Positions 36,801 to 46,233 of a stretch of DNA of 64,000 nucleotides are shown here, piece after piece. Within the stretch, counting starts at the first letter, position 1; the number at the start of each line of letters is the position of its first letter. Source of the DNA: Polyangiales bacterium (lineage in GTDB: Bacteria; Myxococcota_A; Polyangia; Polyangiales; Polyangiaceae). The stretch covers positions 128,001 through 192,000 of the forward strand of contig JBBRLQ010000004.1 of NCBI GenBank assembly GCA_038231275.1. Reading direction: 5' to 3'. Both the position numbers and the translations under genes were made by a program. A model generated the notes under the pieces. That model was not told the origin of the DNA and made no database searches. It worked only from the letters and a program-made list of their open reading frames with translations.

Positions 36801-39800
36801 CGGAGGATCCCGGCGACCTCACGGCGAGCGTCCGCGTCGGCGAGAAGGCCCTCGAGCGCGTTGCGGCTGACGGCGTGCTGCGCGTCGATGGCGAGCGCCT
36901 GCTTGTGCGCTTCGATGGCGCCGGCCACGTCCTTCAGCTTCTGGAGCCGGACGACGCCGAGGCGCGCGTAGAGAACGAGCAGCTCCTTGGGATCCTTCGT
37001 GAGGGCGACGTCGGCTTCGAGCGTCTCCGCCAGGTCCTGCCAGCGCCCCTCCACCTCGTAGAGCTTCGCGAGCGCCGCGAGCGTCGAGCGCTCCGCACCG
37101 AAATCGTCGATCGCCGCGCGGTACGCGAGGATCGCCTCCGGTACGTCCGTGAGGCGATCGGCGAGCGCGCTCGCCGTGCGGAGGAGGAAGGTCTTGCGCT
37201 GCGCCGGATCCGTCGACGCACGCTCGCGGGCGCGCAGGATCTCGACGAGGGCACGCCACTCCTGTGTCCGCTCGTAGAGGCGGTCGAGCGCGGCGAGGGC
37301 GGCCTCGTCGCCCGGATCGTCTTCGAGGCGTGATTTCCACGCCTGCGTGGCGCCGCGGGGATCGTCGAGCGTCACTTCGCACAGCTCGCCGAGGCGCGCG
37401 AGCAGGATCCGACGGGTCTGCTGATCCTCTTCGAGCTTCACCTCGATCTTGAGGATCTGCGAGAGCTCGAGGCTCTTGCCCGCGCCGGCGTAGAGCCGCT
37501 CGAGCGCGCGCGCCGCGGGGAGCGCGAGGGCCGGATCGTCGGGATCGAGATCGAGCACCTTGCGGTACGCGCTCTCGGCGCGCGCGGGATCGCGGAGCTG
37601 CTCTTCGTAGATGCGCGCGACGCAACCGAGGATCTCGGCGCGCGGCTGCGGCGCGTCCGCGGCCTCTGCGGCCTGGACGAGCACCTCCGCGGCGCGCTCG
37701 TGCTGGTTCGAGCGACGCGCGATCTCGAGCATGCGATCGCGGGCGTCCGTGTCTCCGGGGACCAGCGGGACGAGGCGCACGTACGCCTCGAACGCGCCGG
37801 GATCGTCGGTGAGGCGCTCGTCGCGGAGCTCCGCCACGCGGCGGAGAAGCTCGCGCCGCTCGATCGGATCGGTCGCCGACTCGAGTCGAATCTCGAGCAC
37901 GCGCACGAGCTCGCGCGCCTCGTCCTTTTGCGCGTACACCTGCTCGAGGACGATCGCCGCGCGCGGCCGTAGCTCGGGCACGCTCAGGCATTTCTCGACG
38001 AGATCGCGCGCGTCGCGGCTGTTCACGTCCGCCTGGAGAACGTCCTCCAGGTAGCCGAGGGCGGTCTTCGGATCGCCGAGCTTGTCGTGGTAGAGCCCGC
38101 CGAGGCGAAGCTTGATCGCCACCGCCTCGTCCATCGTCGCCGCGCTGAGGCGGCGCGTCAGCAGCTGCGCGAGCTTCTCCCACTTGTCCGTCGCGCCGTA
38201 CAGGACATCGAGCGCGCGGATCGCCTGCTCGTGCAGCGGCTCGATCTCGAGGATGCGCTCGTAATAGCCGATCGCCTTCACGCGATCGCCGGTGATTTCC
38301 TCGGCGACGAGGGCCACCTCGCTCAGGAGCTCGGCGCGGCGCGGCCCGTCGCTCGTCGCCTGTACCGCACGCTCGTACAGCGACTCGAGCTCGCTCCACT
38401 TCTCGCGCGTCGTGAGGATCTGCTTGAGGCGCGCGAACGCGCGCTCGTTCGACGGATCGGCCGAAAGGATGCGATCGAGGTACGGCGTCGCCTTGTCGAT
38501 CTCGCCGAGCATCTCGTCGTAGAGCGTCGCCGCGCGCTCGGCGAGGTCCGCCTCGACGGCCGGCGGAAGACCGGTCTCGCCCTCTGGCGGCACGGCCTGC
38601 GCGATCGCGTCGACGAACGCTTGCGAGCGCTGCGTGCGGTTCGCGAGGACCCCGAGGCGATCCCAGAGCGCCAGCTCCATCGGGAACTCGCGCGTCGCGC
38701 GCGCGAGTACCTCGAACGCGGCGCCGTTCGCGTTCAGCTTCTTGTGGACGTCAGCGAGCCGCTCGTAGAGCGAGATGCGATCGGCCTTCGCCGCCGCGGT
38801 CGCGATGAGGACCTCGAGGACGTCGACCTGCCGCGTGAGCTGCCCGGACGCCGCGTAGGCGCTCTCCAGCATTTGCGCGGCACGCGCGCGCGTCTCCCCG
38901 ACGGCGAGGAGCTCCTCGACGACGGCGACCGCCTCCGGATCGTTCGGGATCGCCTCGAGCGCGCGCTTCGCGGCGTCGAGCGCGTCGCCCGGGCGCTTCA
39001 GCGACCCCATGTAGAGGCGGGCGAGCTCGACCTCTCGGGCCGCGCGCTCGGCGCCGTCGCGCTGATCGCGATCTTTCTCCAGGAACTCGGCGGCCGCCGC
39101 GGCGTCGCCCGACGTCTTGAGGAGACGCGAGAGCGCGCGGAGCGACTTTCCGTGCTGCGGCACGACCTCGAGGATCCGCCGGTAGATTGCGATCGCGCGC
39201 TCCGGCGCCGCCCACACGTCTTCTTCGAGGATCGCCCACTCCGCGAGGAGCTCGATCTTTGCGGACGTGTTCGCGCGCTCGATCCGGAGATCGAAGAGCG
39301 CGCGCAGGTCCTCTCGGCGATCGGCGCTGCGGAGCAGCTTGTCGAGGGCCGTGACGCTCTCGTGATCCTCCTCGTCCTCGTCGACCAGGGCCTTGTACGT
39401 CTCCACGGCCTGATCGATCTTGCCGAGCTGGCTCGCGTAGATGTCCGCGAGCTTCGCTTTGAGCGCGCGACGCTCGTCGGACTTGCCCTTCTTCGGCTTG
39501 CCCTTCGTCCGCTGGATCAAGGTCTCGACCAGCGGGTGCCAGTCGCTCGCCGCGCGGGAGGCCGCTTCGAACGCGTCGAGCGCGCCGCTCTCATCGGGGG
39601 CGAGCTCATACGCGCGGCGCACGTAGCCGAGCGCCGCCGCGCGATCGCCGAGGTGCTCGCCCGTGACCTTCGCGAGCTTGCCGAGGAGGACGCGCGAAGC
39701 CTCGTCGTCCTTCGAGTGGCCGAGGAGCACCTCGTAGAGCGCGGGGAGGCGCGACCACTTCTCCTCCTTCTCGTAGATCGGGACGAGCGCCTGGGCGGCG

Positions 39801-42190
39801 CGATCGTCGTCGGGACGCGCCGAGAGCACGCGCTCGTAGGCACGGAAGGCGCGATCGGGCGCCTCCAGCTTCTGCTCGAAGATCCCGGCCGCGCGGAAGG
39901 AGAGGTCCAGCTTCAGCGCGAGGTCTTGCGTCTTGTCCGCGGCGCCGGAGAGCACCTCGACGAGCCCCTCCCAGTCCTCGAACTTCGCGTAGAGCCGCTC
40001 GAGACCGTCGTAGTCGCCCATCGCGAGGTGGCTATCGCGCAGGACGCGGAGCGCCTTGGCGTGACCGGGCGAGAGATCGAGGACGCGCTGCCACGCGCGC
40101 ATCGCGCCTTCGTGATCGTTCAGGCGATCGGCGTAGATCGCGCCGAGCTTCTGGAGGACCGTGAGCTTCGCCGCCGCGTCGGGCGCGTGCTCGGCGCGCT
40201 TCTCGAGGACCTCCGCGACGGTCTTGTAGTCCTTGTCGCGCTCGGCCTGGCGCTCGAGGGCGTCGAGGGCGGAGGCGCTCTTCGGATCCTCGGCGAGGAC
40301 CATCTTGTAGAGGCGCAGCGCGTCGGTGCCGCGGTCCAAGCGCTCGGCGGCGAGCTTCGCCATCTCCGTCCACACGTCGCGACGCTTGTCCCCGTCGAGG
40401 AGCTTCGACTCGCGCTCGAGGAGCTCGTAGAGCGCCTTGTAGGCGCGGCGCTTTCCGTACAGCTCCTTGAGCTTGTCGATCGCCTCGCGATCCGCGGGCA
40501 GCGCTTCGTGGAGGCTCTCGTACGCGTCGATGCCGTTCTGGACGTTCGAGAACTGATCGAGCCAGCGCCGCGCGATCGCGCGGAACAGCTCCGCCTTCAC
40601 GCCATTGTCCTGCTCCAGCTCGGCGAGGCGCGACTGCGTGGTCAGGAGATCGCGCCAGCGACCGAGCGTCTCGTAGACGCGGCACAGCTCGCGGACGGCG
40701 TCGGCGTTCTCGCGATCGAGCGCGATGATCTGCGACAGCACGGTGACCAGCGCCGAGTCGCTCTTGATGTGCTCGCGGTAAACCTCGGCGATCTCGCGCA
40801 GGATCGGGAGCCGGCTCCACGGATCTTCGGCGGGCACCTTCTCGAGCTCCGATCGGAGGAGATCGGCGAGCGCGTTCCAGCCGCCGGTCACGCGGTAAAG
40901 ACGCTTCAGCGCCTCGCGCGCGTCCTTGTTGGTGGGATCGTTGCGGAGGATCGCGCGCCACTGCTCGATGGCCTTGGTGGCGTTCGCGCCCTCCTCGGCG
41001 AGCTTCGCGATCTCCGCCGCGATGCGCGCGCGCTCGGGCCCGTCGGGCATCGCGCGCTGCGCCTCGGTGAGGACCGTCATCAGTCGTCCGCTCGCCGCGT
41101 GGATGCCCTTCCACTCGCGGAAAAAGTCGAGCATCCCCGGATGCGCCGGCTCCAGTTTGCGGAGCCGCTCGAAGTACGGCTCCGCTGCCTCCGGCGCGTT
41201 CCGCATGCGCCACTGCACCATCGCGATCTGGAGGATCGTCCCGGCGTCCTGGCCGCGCGACGTGTTCAGCTGCTCGTCGTACAGCGCGACGAGGTGATCC
41301 CACATCTCGTGCTCGGTGAAGAAATCGACGAGGGCGCTCGTGGCCTCCGGGTGGCCCGGCGACAGGTCGATCACGCGCTCGTACGCCGCGGCGGCGCGCT
41401 CGGGCGAGCCGAGCTTCTTCCTCATGACGCGCGCGAGGCGCACGAAGCCGGCGATCTTCTCTTCCTTGGCCGACGCCTCGGTGGCGAGCTGCTCGAGCGT
41501 CGCCGCGAGATCGATCCAGCGCTCTTCGCTGCGGTAGACGCGCTCGAGGAGGAGCGACGCGCGGCGGTTCTTCGGATCGATCTCGATCGCCTCCTTGAGG
41601 CCGGCGATGATCTCGTCGATGAGCGCGGCGAGCTGCTTCTTCTTGCCCTTCTCGCCTTCGAACGACGGGCGTCCGTAGCGGTACGCCGTCTCCGCGGCGC
41701 TCACGAGGAGCGAGCTACGGAAGCTCCCCTCGCCCGCCGCCTTTGCCTCCTCGACGTAGCGCTTCACGAGGTCTTGCCACTTCGCGCGGCGCGCGTCGCT
41801 GCGCTCGATCGCCTCTTCGGCCTTCGTGTCACCGGGGACGAGCTTCAGGTACTGCTCGTACGCGAGCACCGCGCGGACGTCGTCGAGCACCTCGTCGTCG
41901 AGGACGCGCGCGAGCTCGGCGAGGAGCGTGGCCTCCTCCGGCTTGCCGCGCGAGAGCACGACCTCCATCTCGAGCAAGCGCCCCACCGCGTCGTACTCGC
42001 GCCGCATCTCGTGCGCGCGGCGCGCCGAGGACATGAGCTTCGTGAGCTCGCCGTCGGCGTTCTCCGCCTGGTTGCTCTCGGTCGACGACATCCCCAGCGA
42101 GGCGCGCAGATCGCTCCACGCTTTTTCGCTGTCGGGATCGTCCTGCAGCAGTCCGAGGGCGGTCCGGATGGTCTTCGCGCTCATCGTCAC
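30821..42190 (-). CDS. agmK: Giant tetratricopeptide-repeat protein (3789 aa), AgmK/GltI-like
   Basis: Dozens of TPR-like repeats (A...Y...L..DP....AL..L.RLY.....W..L) in one uninterrupted 11.4-kb frame. Size and pattern recall Myxococcus AgmK; orthology is not verified. Confidence 0.75.
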   Translation of the reverse strand: MTMSAKTIRTALGLLQDDPDSEKAWSDLRASLGMSSTESNQAENADGELTKLMSSARRAHEMRREYDAVGRLLEMEVVLSRGKPEEATLLAELARVLDDEVLDDVRAVLAYEQYLKLVPGDTKAEEAIERSDARRAKWQDLVKRYVEEAKAAGEGSFRSSLLVSAAETAYRYGRPSFEGEKGKKKQLAALIDEIIAGLKEAIEIDPKNRRASLLLERVYRSEERWIDLAATLEQLATEASAKEEKIAGFVRLARVMRKKLGSPERAAAAYERVIDLSPGHPEATSALVDFFTEHEMWDHLVALYDEQLNTSRGQDAGTILQIAMVQWRMRNAPEAAEPYFERLRKLEPAHPGMLDFFREWKGIHAASGRLMTVLTEAQRAMPDGPERARIAAEIAKLAEEGANATKAIEQWRAILRNDPTNKDAREALKRLYRVTGGWNALADLLRSELEKVPAEDPWSRLPILREIAEVYREHIKSDSALVTVLSQIIALDRENADAVRELCRVYETLGRWRDLLTTQSRLAELEQDNGVKAELFRAIARRWLDQFSNVQNGIDAYESLHEALPADREAIDKLKELYGKRRAYKALYELLERESKLLDGDKRRDVWTEMAKLAAERLDRGTDALRLYKMVLAEDPKSASALDALERQAERDKDYKTVAEVLEKRAEHAPDAAAKLTVLQKLGAIYADRLNDHEGAMRAWQRVLDLSPGHAKALRVLRDSHLAMGDYDGLERLYAKFEDWEGLVEVLSGAADKTQDLALKLDLSFRAAGIFEQKLEAPDRAFRAYERVLSARPDDDRAAQALVPIYEKEEKWSRLPALYEVLLGHSKDDEASRVLLGKLAKVTGEHLGDRAAALGYVRRAYELAPDESGALDAFEAASRAASDWHPLVETLIQRTKGKPKKGKSDERRALKAKLADIYASQLGKIDQAVETYKALVDEDEEDHESVTALDKLLRSADRREDLRALFDLRIERANTSAKIELLAEWAILEEDVWAAPERAIAIYRRILEVVPQHGKSLRALSRLLKTSGDAAAAAEFLEKDRDQRDGAERAAREVELARLYMGSLKRPGDALDAAKRALEAIPNDPEAVAVVEELLAVGETRARAAQMLESAYAASGQLTRQVDVLEVLIATAAAKADRISLYERLADVHKKLNANGAAFEVLARATREFPMELALWDRLGVLANRTQRSQAFVDAIAQAVPPEGETGLPPAVEADLAERAATLYDEMLGEIDKATPYLDRILSADPSNERAFARLKQILTTREKWSELESLYERAVQATSDGPRRAELLSEVALVAEEITGDRVKAIGYYERILEIEPLHEQAIRALDVLYGATDKWEKLAQLLTRRLSAATMDEAVAIKLRLGGLYHDKLGDPKTALGYLEDVLQADVNSRDARDLVEKCLSVPELRPRAAIVLEQVYAQKDEARELVRVLEIRLESATDPIERRELLRRVAELRDERLTDDPGAFEAYVRLVPLVPGDTDARDRMLEIARRSNQHERAAEVLVQAAEAADAPQPRAEILGCVARIYEEQLRDPARAESAYRKVLDLDPDDPALALPAARALERLYAGAGKSLELSQILKIEVKLEEDQQTRRILLARLGELCEVTLDDPRGATQAWKSRLEDDPGDEAALAALDRLYERTQEWRALVEILRARERASTDPAQRKTFLLRTASALADRLTDVPEAILAYRAAIDDFGAERSTLAALAKLYEVEGRWQDLAETLEADVALTKDPKELLVLYARLGVVRLQKLKDVAGAIEAHKQALAIDAQHAVSRNALEGLLADADARREVAGILRPLYEAEKDHMRFLRVLDIETEYAASIEEKLETISLAANVAEGPLADPQRAFGYVSRALREASGEPTFRAWLERAERLAEATQRWSDLVELLSGIAPDILDGELQLDVLVEIAARSREKLHDAERSRTYYVKALELRGDDRRALTALEALYGEASDAPALLDILKRRAEAAATDDEKKAILYRQAKLCDETLHDRRAAIETYEDILDLTMEPEATLALERLYAQAERFEELVQLYERQLAAAGVPAERQAELHHKLGETYETRMRDIDRAFDEYEAALKGEGYEPAVKALERLMGDKPHAARAATMLETVYLARLDWRKVMRSLEVRLESSEDPDERRTLLRRLVKLHEEQEESYSAALDVTAQLFAEDVTDEVTWAELERLARVANAEDRLADIFASELEKLTTDEPATAKLAKRTGELYERHAKPERALVFYRRAHAFAPDEDQASFDAIDRLLTKAARPADRVELYRSALDYRDEPAQRLETLHTIARIQEMDLSSDDEAIETHRAAIEVDDADGPSLEALTRLYARRGRWRDLADLSRKRAEQSALPEDEAKFRLELGTILKDRLAEPTAAIDEYQAVVDLAPPGDGGVGAQAVKALEALLATPEHKARIVELLRPIYEKADDWRHLILVNDERLGLASDASDKVAILRETAKLWEERGKDAAKAFEAMVRAFSLDPEDGDARGELDRLGGVTKRWDHLASAYESGIAQLEGPGQKELLLALAQLHDKRRDDPRRALEAYDRLLKLDESDPEPLEQMDQLATLLSDWPAVVRVLVRRAELSGNDEDRASLWRRVGEAKRDMLDDAPGAIDAYERALELEPDSAFTIDNLITLHEAKNDAPRLIDLYRRRVELCGEDDAGLKFQLLVDSANRYELGLGDRREAVRLLVDALQIRPGDPEVLKRLDDLYTREKMWPELLENLQQQAAAASGDAARNTIEKRIGHLLDAELDDAAGALASFRKVLATGFDEEAFDALRKIGETRDELRAEAADALEPVLRASSRWADVASILEMRLRAQTEPSERGATLRALAGVSESHLGDSKRALGALLRALAEEPMRAELHEEIERLAGQGSDDAWRSYADALGERATAVFDVAITTDLYVRLGRVAEEKLHDDARAAKAYAQAVEQAGDGAATLGALDRLYARLGDTRMLADVLERRVGLESDAAVQADLFHRLAVLQISEFGEKQQGLGTLRSALEKAPEHAASRAAIEGLLSDDALFDDAFDALEMVYRALDKNEELAALYGRKVTRATNVRDRSRARLDLAVVLEKKVGDAARARKVVEEQIAEDPSDADALPELERLAAGSNGWKEATAAMAAALTTSRDVPSGTRSELWVRVAGWQKAHLSDLRSAEDSFGHALEGDPENAEILRAIEALQRAPGRERELVATLRARAGLEASLSEKRGILEEAKVLAETIVGDRALAEAVLRDLLTEEDTNGWALEELGKLREAAGDFAEVVKLLLRRAELAEEVPQQIALKHRAATIAAGELSDAPRAIGLYEEILEHEPTDEEAATRLRALYGAAGKEKELGKLLEHLIDNAKSAAARATVRLDLAKLQEERFKSPSDAIDTLRAILDEEPTHERAVLALSELYEKGGKDEDLAELLDAQIKHAKGRADAAAELTLTVRLGEVYEGRLKDTTRALETYEAVLTRDPGHRGALEAVARLAEGRGAWERASKALLDLLAQTSGADGVALALRLAAARGKLEDGPGVEDALRKALELDAKNQEVRARLRELYEKGKKWGELADMLVGDANLVASDHPEVAPPAPTPVSERPSAPGSVAPPAAATADVVRLLRRAAEIHVSERKEPGDAVPLLERASSLIPQDRELLIQLVDAYTAAKRERDAAQVLEKVIASYGNRRVKELSLYHHRLGKALAQLGDKDVALTQFDMAFKIDPGSIAVLRDLGVLALESNDLERAQKTFKALLLQGQRLDAKAGISKGEVFYYLGEISAKQGDKVRAVEMLKRAIENEPSLDRAKVMLTELKG

Positions 42191-42432
42191 GCTTCGTCAC
42201 CTTCGGGCGGGGAACCCACTTGCAACCCACTTGCGACCGCCCCCGAGAGCAACCCCGGAACCGCGCGGCAACCTGCGAGAAAGACTGAGGTAGTTCGGTA
42301 GGTAGTCCCCACCGCGGCCGATGGTACGTAGGCTTTTGGGGGATATCAACACTCTCCCGCGGCGAAGACGCGGAAGGCGGACGAGCCCAAAAACGGCGGG
42401 GAAAATGCCCCTCCGACGCTCCGACCGGCGGC

Positions 42433-43315
42433 CTACTTCGACCCCTCCAGCGCCTTGAGCGCCGCGAACAGCTCCGGATCCAGGCTCGGGAGCAGGATCA
42501 GCTTGGCCAGCCCCTCCGACGACAGCTCGATCTCTTCGCTCACGAGGAAGCGCCCGAACGACGGCGCGTCGGTGAGGAGGACCGCGTCGTCCCACGCCTT
42601 CTGACGCCCCACGACGAGCGCGTCGAAGTACGCCGCTTCGAGGAACGCGCGGAGCTCGGCCGGTGCCTTGCCGAGGCCCGGCGCGAAGTCGTTCGCGATG
42701 ATCGTGACGGCGGCGTCGAGCTGCTCGTGGAGGACGTCGTTCACGGCGAAGTGATCGTGGCGGCGCACGTCGCGCGTCTTGCCGGAGCCGATCGTCGCGC
42801 GCACGAGCGCGTGCGACAGATCGCGATCGACGTGCGCGTTCACGCCGAGCGACAAATCCTGAACGATGAGCTCGCGCCGGTCGCGCGCGGTGTCGAACGC
42901 GATGCGCCACGAGCCGGGCACGTCGGCGCTGCGGCCGTCGATGTAGCCGACGAAGGCGACGCGGTAGAGCTCCGCGAACGACGCGAGGTACGTGCGTACC
43001 CACGATCCGTCTTGAAAGCGGCCGGCCGTGATCGCGTGGCGAACCGCCGAGGTGATCTTCGAGTAGAGCGTCGCGAACGGCGCGCGGCGATCGTCCTGTA
43101 GGCGGAGCATCTCGACCAGGCACACGAAGCGGCGGTCGGCGTCCTCTGGTGTGACGATCGGATCGACCATCAGGGCGCGCAGCGACGCGGGGGCCTTTGG
43201 GTCGAGGCCACACGTCGCGGCGTTCACCTCCGCGCCGTCCGTGCCGACCGTCTCGGACGACGCAGCGCACGCCGGCACCGAGGCCGCAGCTGCCGTCACG
43301 AGCGTCGTCGTCATG
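42433..43315 (-). CDS. DUF5995-like protein with possible lipoprotein signal
   Basis: FATLYSKIT, FAELYRVAF, WRIAF, LGVNAHVDRDLSHAL; N-terminal VPAC. Start uncertain (43315-43380). Confidence 0.7.
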
Positions 43316-43512
43316 ATCGCCCTCCCCACCCTTGCCAAACGCATGGCCGCCGCTATGCAGGTTGGGTGCCGCGTCCTCATGCGTCAATTTCAGGAGAAAA
43401 CCGCTGGTTCGGGCCCGATCCACGCGCCGTGCGCGCGAGATTGACTCGCGGACGATCGCGAGGCCACGACCTCTCGACGACGTCGCGAGTCGGGGTAAGC
43501 TGCGCGCGCTCG

Positions 43513-44235
43513 ATGCCCGAAAAGTCGCTGCTCCTCACGCTCTCGAACATCTACGAGACCCTCGCCATCAGCGTCCCCACCGTCGTTGACGCGGCGTTGG
43601 GGCGCGTCGAGAAGACCGTCTGCGACGAGCGGCTCGCCGGCTGGGGCACTCGCCTCGTCGAGAACGCGGACATGACGGTCGCGATCACCGGCCGCGAGAA
43701 CGTGACGCCGGGCAAGGCGTTCCTCGTGATGAGCAACCACCAGTCCCACTACGACGTGCCGGTCCTCTTCCACGTCCTCGGCGCGAACATTCGGATGGTC
43801 GCGAAGATCGAGCTCTTCAAGGTACCGATCTTCGGGAAGGCGATGCGCGAAGCGGGCTTCATTGCCATCGATCGGACTAACCGCCATCGCGCCGTCGAGA
43901 GCCTCGCCGTGGCGAAGGAGAAGCTGGCAAACGGCACAAGCGTGTGGATCGCGCCGGAGGGGACGCGAAGCCAGAGCGGCGAGCTGCTCCCCTTCAAGAA
44001 AGGCGGCTTCGTCATCGCGCTCGACACCGGATGGCCGATCTTGCCGGTGACGATCCAGGGCACGCGCGACGCCCTTCCCGCGCACGCGCGTCGCTCGCGC
44101 AAGGGAGCGCGCGTGAAGGTGACGCTGCACCCGCCGATCGACACGGCGGTCTACCTCGCGCGGCCGGAGAGCGCGAAGGAGCGGCGTGAGCGCCTGATGA
44201 GGGACGTGCGGGACGTCATCGCGTCGGCGCTCTGA
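43513..44235 (+). CDS. plsC: 1-acyl-sn-glycerol-3-phosphate acyltransferase family
   Basis: SNHQSHYD, VAKIELF, FIAIDR, APEGTRS, PFKKGGF. Confidence 0.9.
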   Translation: MPEKSLLLTLSNIYETLAISVPTVVDAALGRVEKTVCDERLAGWGTRLVENADMTVAITGRENVTPGKAFLVMSNHQSHYDVPVLFHVLGANIRMVAKIELFKVPIFGKAMREAGFIAIDRTNRHRAVESLAVAKEKLANGTSVWIAPEGTRSQSGELLPFKKGGFVIALDTGWPILPVTIQGTRDALPAHARRSRKGARVKVTLHPPIDTAVYLARPESAKERRERLMRDVRDVIASAL

Positions 44236-44257
44236 TACCTTCTCGGATCCGCATCGA

Positions 44258-45274
44258 ATGAGCGCACCCGGCACTGGCCTCGGCATCATGGTGAACGCGA
44301 ACGCGAAGCGCGGCGGGCGCCGCATCGCCGTTCAGCTCGCGCGCGCCCTCCCCGGCGCGAGCGTGCGGCTCACGCGCTCGATCTCCGAGGTCGAAGGCTG
44401 GCTCCGCGCGCTGACGTCGGGCGCATCCGCGCCGCTGCGGTGCATCCTCGCGGCCGGAGGCGACGGGACCGCGGTCGCTCTTTTGAACGGGCTCGATCGC
44501 GTGCTCCCTGCCGGCGCGCCCTTTCCGCCCGTCGGCATCTTGCCGCTCGGCACAGGCAACGCGTGGGCGCATACGACCGGCGCGCACAAGCTCGGGCTCG
44601 CCGTGAACATGCTGCAGCGATCGGGCGAGGTGCTGCCCTTCCGCAAGTTCGGTCTCGTCGACTGCGAAGGAACGCTCACGCCGTTCGCCGGCACCGGCTG
44701 GGACGCGCAGGTCCTCTCCGACTACAAAGCGCAGCTCGAACAAAGCGTCGGACCCGGCAAGCTCGTTTCGAAGAGCGTGTGGGGGTACCTGTCCGCGATG
44801 CTGTTCCGAACGGCGCCGAAGACGCTCCTCTTCGGCCGCCCGCACGTGACGATCGAGAACCTCGGCGACGAGGTCTACACGATGACCGCCGATCGCAAGC
44901 TCCTCAAGATCGCCGGCGTCGGCCGCGGCGCCGTACTCTACGAGGGCATGGCCAGCGTCACCGGCGCGGCGACGGTGCCCGAGTTCGGCTACGGCTTCCG
45001 CGCGTACCCGTTCGCGGAGCGCCTCCTCGGCTACCTCAACGTACGCGTCTACGACATGCCCGCGGTGGGCGCGATCCTCGACATCCCGAAGCTATGGCGC
45101 GGCACGCACCCGCTCCGCGGAATGCACGACTGGTTCACGACCGCCGTGCGCATGACGTTCTCGCGCTCGGTTCCGCTGCAGAGCGCCGGCGATGCGATCG
45201 GCACGCGCCAGACCGTCGAGTACCACGTCAGCGATCGCCTCTGCGACGTGCTCGACTGGCGAAGAATGGACTGA
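44258..45274 (+). CDS. Diacylglycerol/lipid kinase family protein
   Basis: VNANAKRG, AAGGDGT, ILPLGTGNAWA, GTGWDA. Confidence 0.85.
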   Translation: MSAPGTGLGIMVNANAKRGGRRIAVQLARALPGASVRLTRSISEVEGWLRALTSGASAPLRCILAAGGDGTAVALLNGLDRVLPAGAPFPPVGILPLGTGNAWAHTTGAHKLGLAVNMLQRSGEVLPFRKFGLVDCEGTLTPFAGTGWDAQVLSDYKAQLEQSVGPGKLVSKSVWGYLSAMLFRTAPKTLLFGRPHVTIENLGDEVYTMTADRKLLKIAGVGRGAVLYEGMASVTGAATVPEFGYGFRAYPFAERLLGYLNVRVYDMPAVGAILDIPKLWRGTHPLRGMHDWFTTAVRMTFSRSVPLQSAGDAIGTRQTVEYHVSDRLCDVLDWRRMD

Positions 45275-45299
45275 GTGGACCTCGCGGCCGACTCAGTCC
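45268..45299. terminator. Hairpin overlapping a stop codon between convergent genes
   Basis: GGACTGAGT (45268-45276) pairs with ACTCAGTCC (45291-45299). Confidence 0.45.
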
Positions 45300-45317
45300 G
45301 TCTCTCCGACGTTCGCT

Positions 45318-46136
45318 CTAGAAGCTGCCCGTGAGCACCGGGATCGTCATGACCTGGGGCAGGCCCGGGTTCTTCTGCGTGTTCCACGTCGGCTGACGGT
45401 TGGACGTCGAGAACTTCACCTCGGCGCTGCCGCCCGGCGTCGAAGGCGAGCTGCCGGGAGCCGGCTTCTCGTCGATGACCTTCGCCACGTCTCCGCTGAC
45501 GTCGCTGTGCTTGTTCCCGATCATCCAGCCCGCGCCGAAGAGTCCGGTCGCGACGCCGGCCATGACCAGCGCGCCGCCGAAGAAGATCGCGTTGAGGTGG
45601 GCGGGGTGGGTCTGCCCGTCGCTCGTGAACACTCCGTGCTTGTCGGAGGCAAGGAAGATGACGGCGACGCCGGCGATCGTGATGAGGCCGCCCGCGACCA
45701 AGATGTAGAGGCCGGTGTTCGCGCGCGAGGTGCTGCCCGGCGCGACGTAGATGTTCACCTTCTCTTTGGTGCCGTCGATCATGAAGGGCTTGGACTCGTT
45801 CAGCCCCTCCCCCACGATCCGGTACTCGGCGACGCTGCTCGACTTCACGTCGCACGGCGTCGTGCAGACGTTCTCCCAGGTGCCGCCGCCCGGCGCGCGG
45901 CGCTCGACGCTCACCGGGACGGGTGATTCGACGTGAAGCGCGACGTTCGCGTCGTCGGACTGGACGGGCGGATTTTTGTCCTCCACCGGCTTCTTGTCGG
46001 CGTCCGGCTTGGCGGTCTCTTCGCCCACTTTGTCTTCGCCAGGACGCGGAGCGGTTGGCTGCGCGAAGGCGGGAGTCGAGAAAGCAACGATGTTGCTGAC
46101 GGCAAGAATCGAAGCGCAAAGCCCGAAGTTTTTCAT
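45318..46136 (-). CDS. Hypothetical exported/membrane protein
   Basis: AGGAGGAG RBS; signal peptide ending AFA; VCTTPCD; two hydrophobic segments; C-terminal VLTGSF. Confidence 0.7.
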   Translation of the reverse strand: MKNFGLCASILAVSNIVAFSTPAFAQPTAPRPGEDKVGEETAKPDADKKPVEDKNPPVQSDDANVALHVESPVPVSVERRAPGGGTWENVCTTPCDVKSSSVAEYRIVGEGLNESKPFMIDGTKEKVNIYVAPGSTSRANTGLYILVAGGLITIAGVAVIFLASDKHGVFTSDGQTHPAHLNAIFFGGALVMAGVATGLFGAGWMIGNKHSDVSGDVAKVIDEKPAPGSSPSTPGGSAEVKFSTSNRQPTWNTQKNPGLPQVMTIPVLTGSF

Positions 46137-46233
46137 CGGTTGGCTCCTCCTGGCCCATAGGCGTATCGCAAGGACGAGGAAGGGGAAAGCAAATCGGAAC
46201 CGCGCGCCCCGCGTGCGCGTAGTTTGGATCGAG

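Noticed and set aside
33965..42301. Very long plus-strand ORFs (1122 aa and 1404 aa) opposite the giant TPR gene, and similar shadow ORFs throughout
   Set aside because: These are antisense or alternate-frame shadows expected at high GC; they are Arg/Ala-rich, lack motifs and fully overlap well-supported genes.
42240..42430. tRNA or other ncRNA in the long gap upstream of the giant TPR gene
   Set aside because: No cloverleaf, T-loop arm or recognisable RNA family; more likely promoter DNA.
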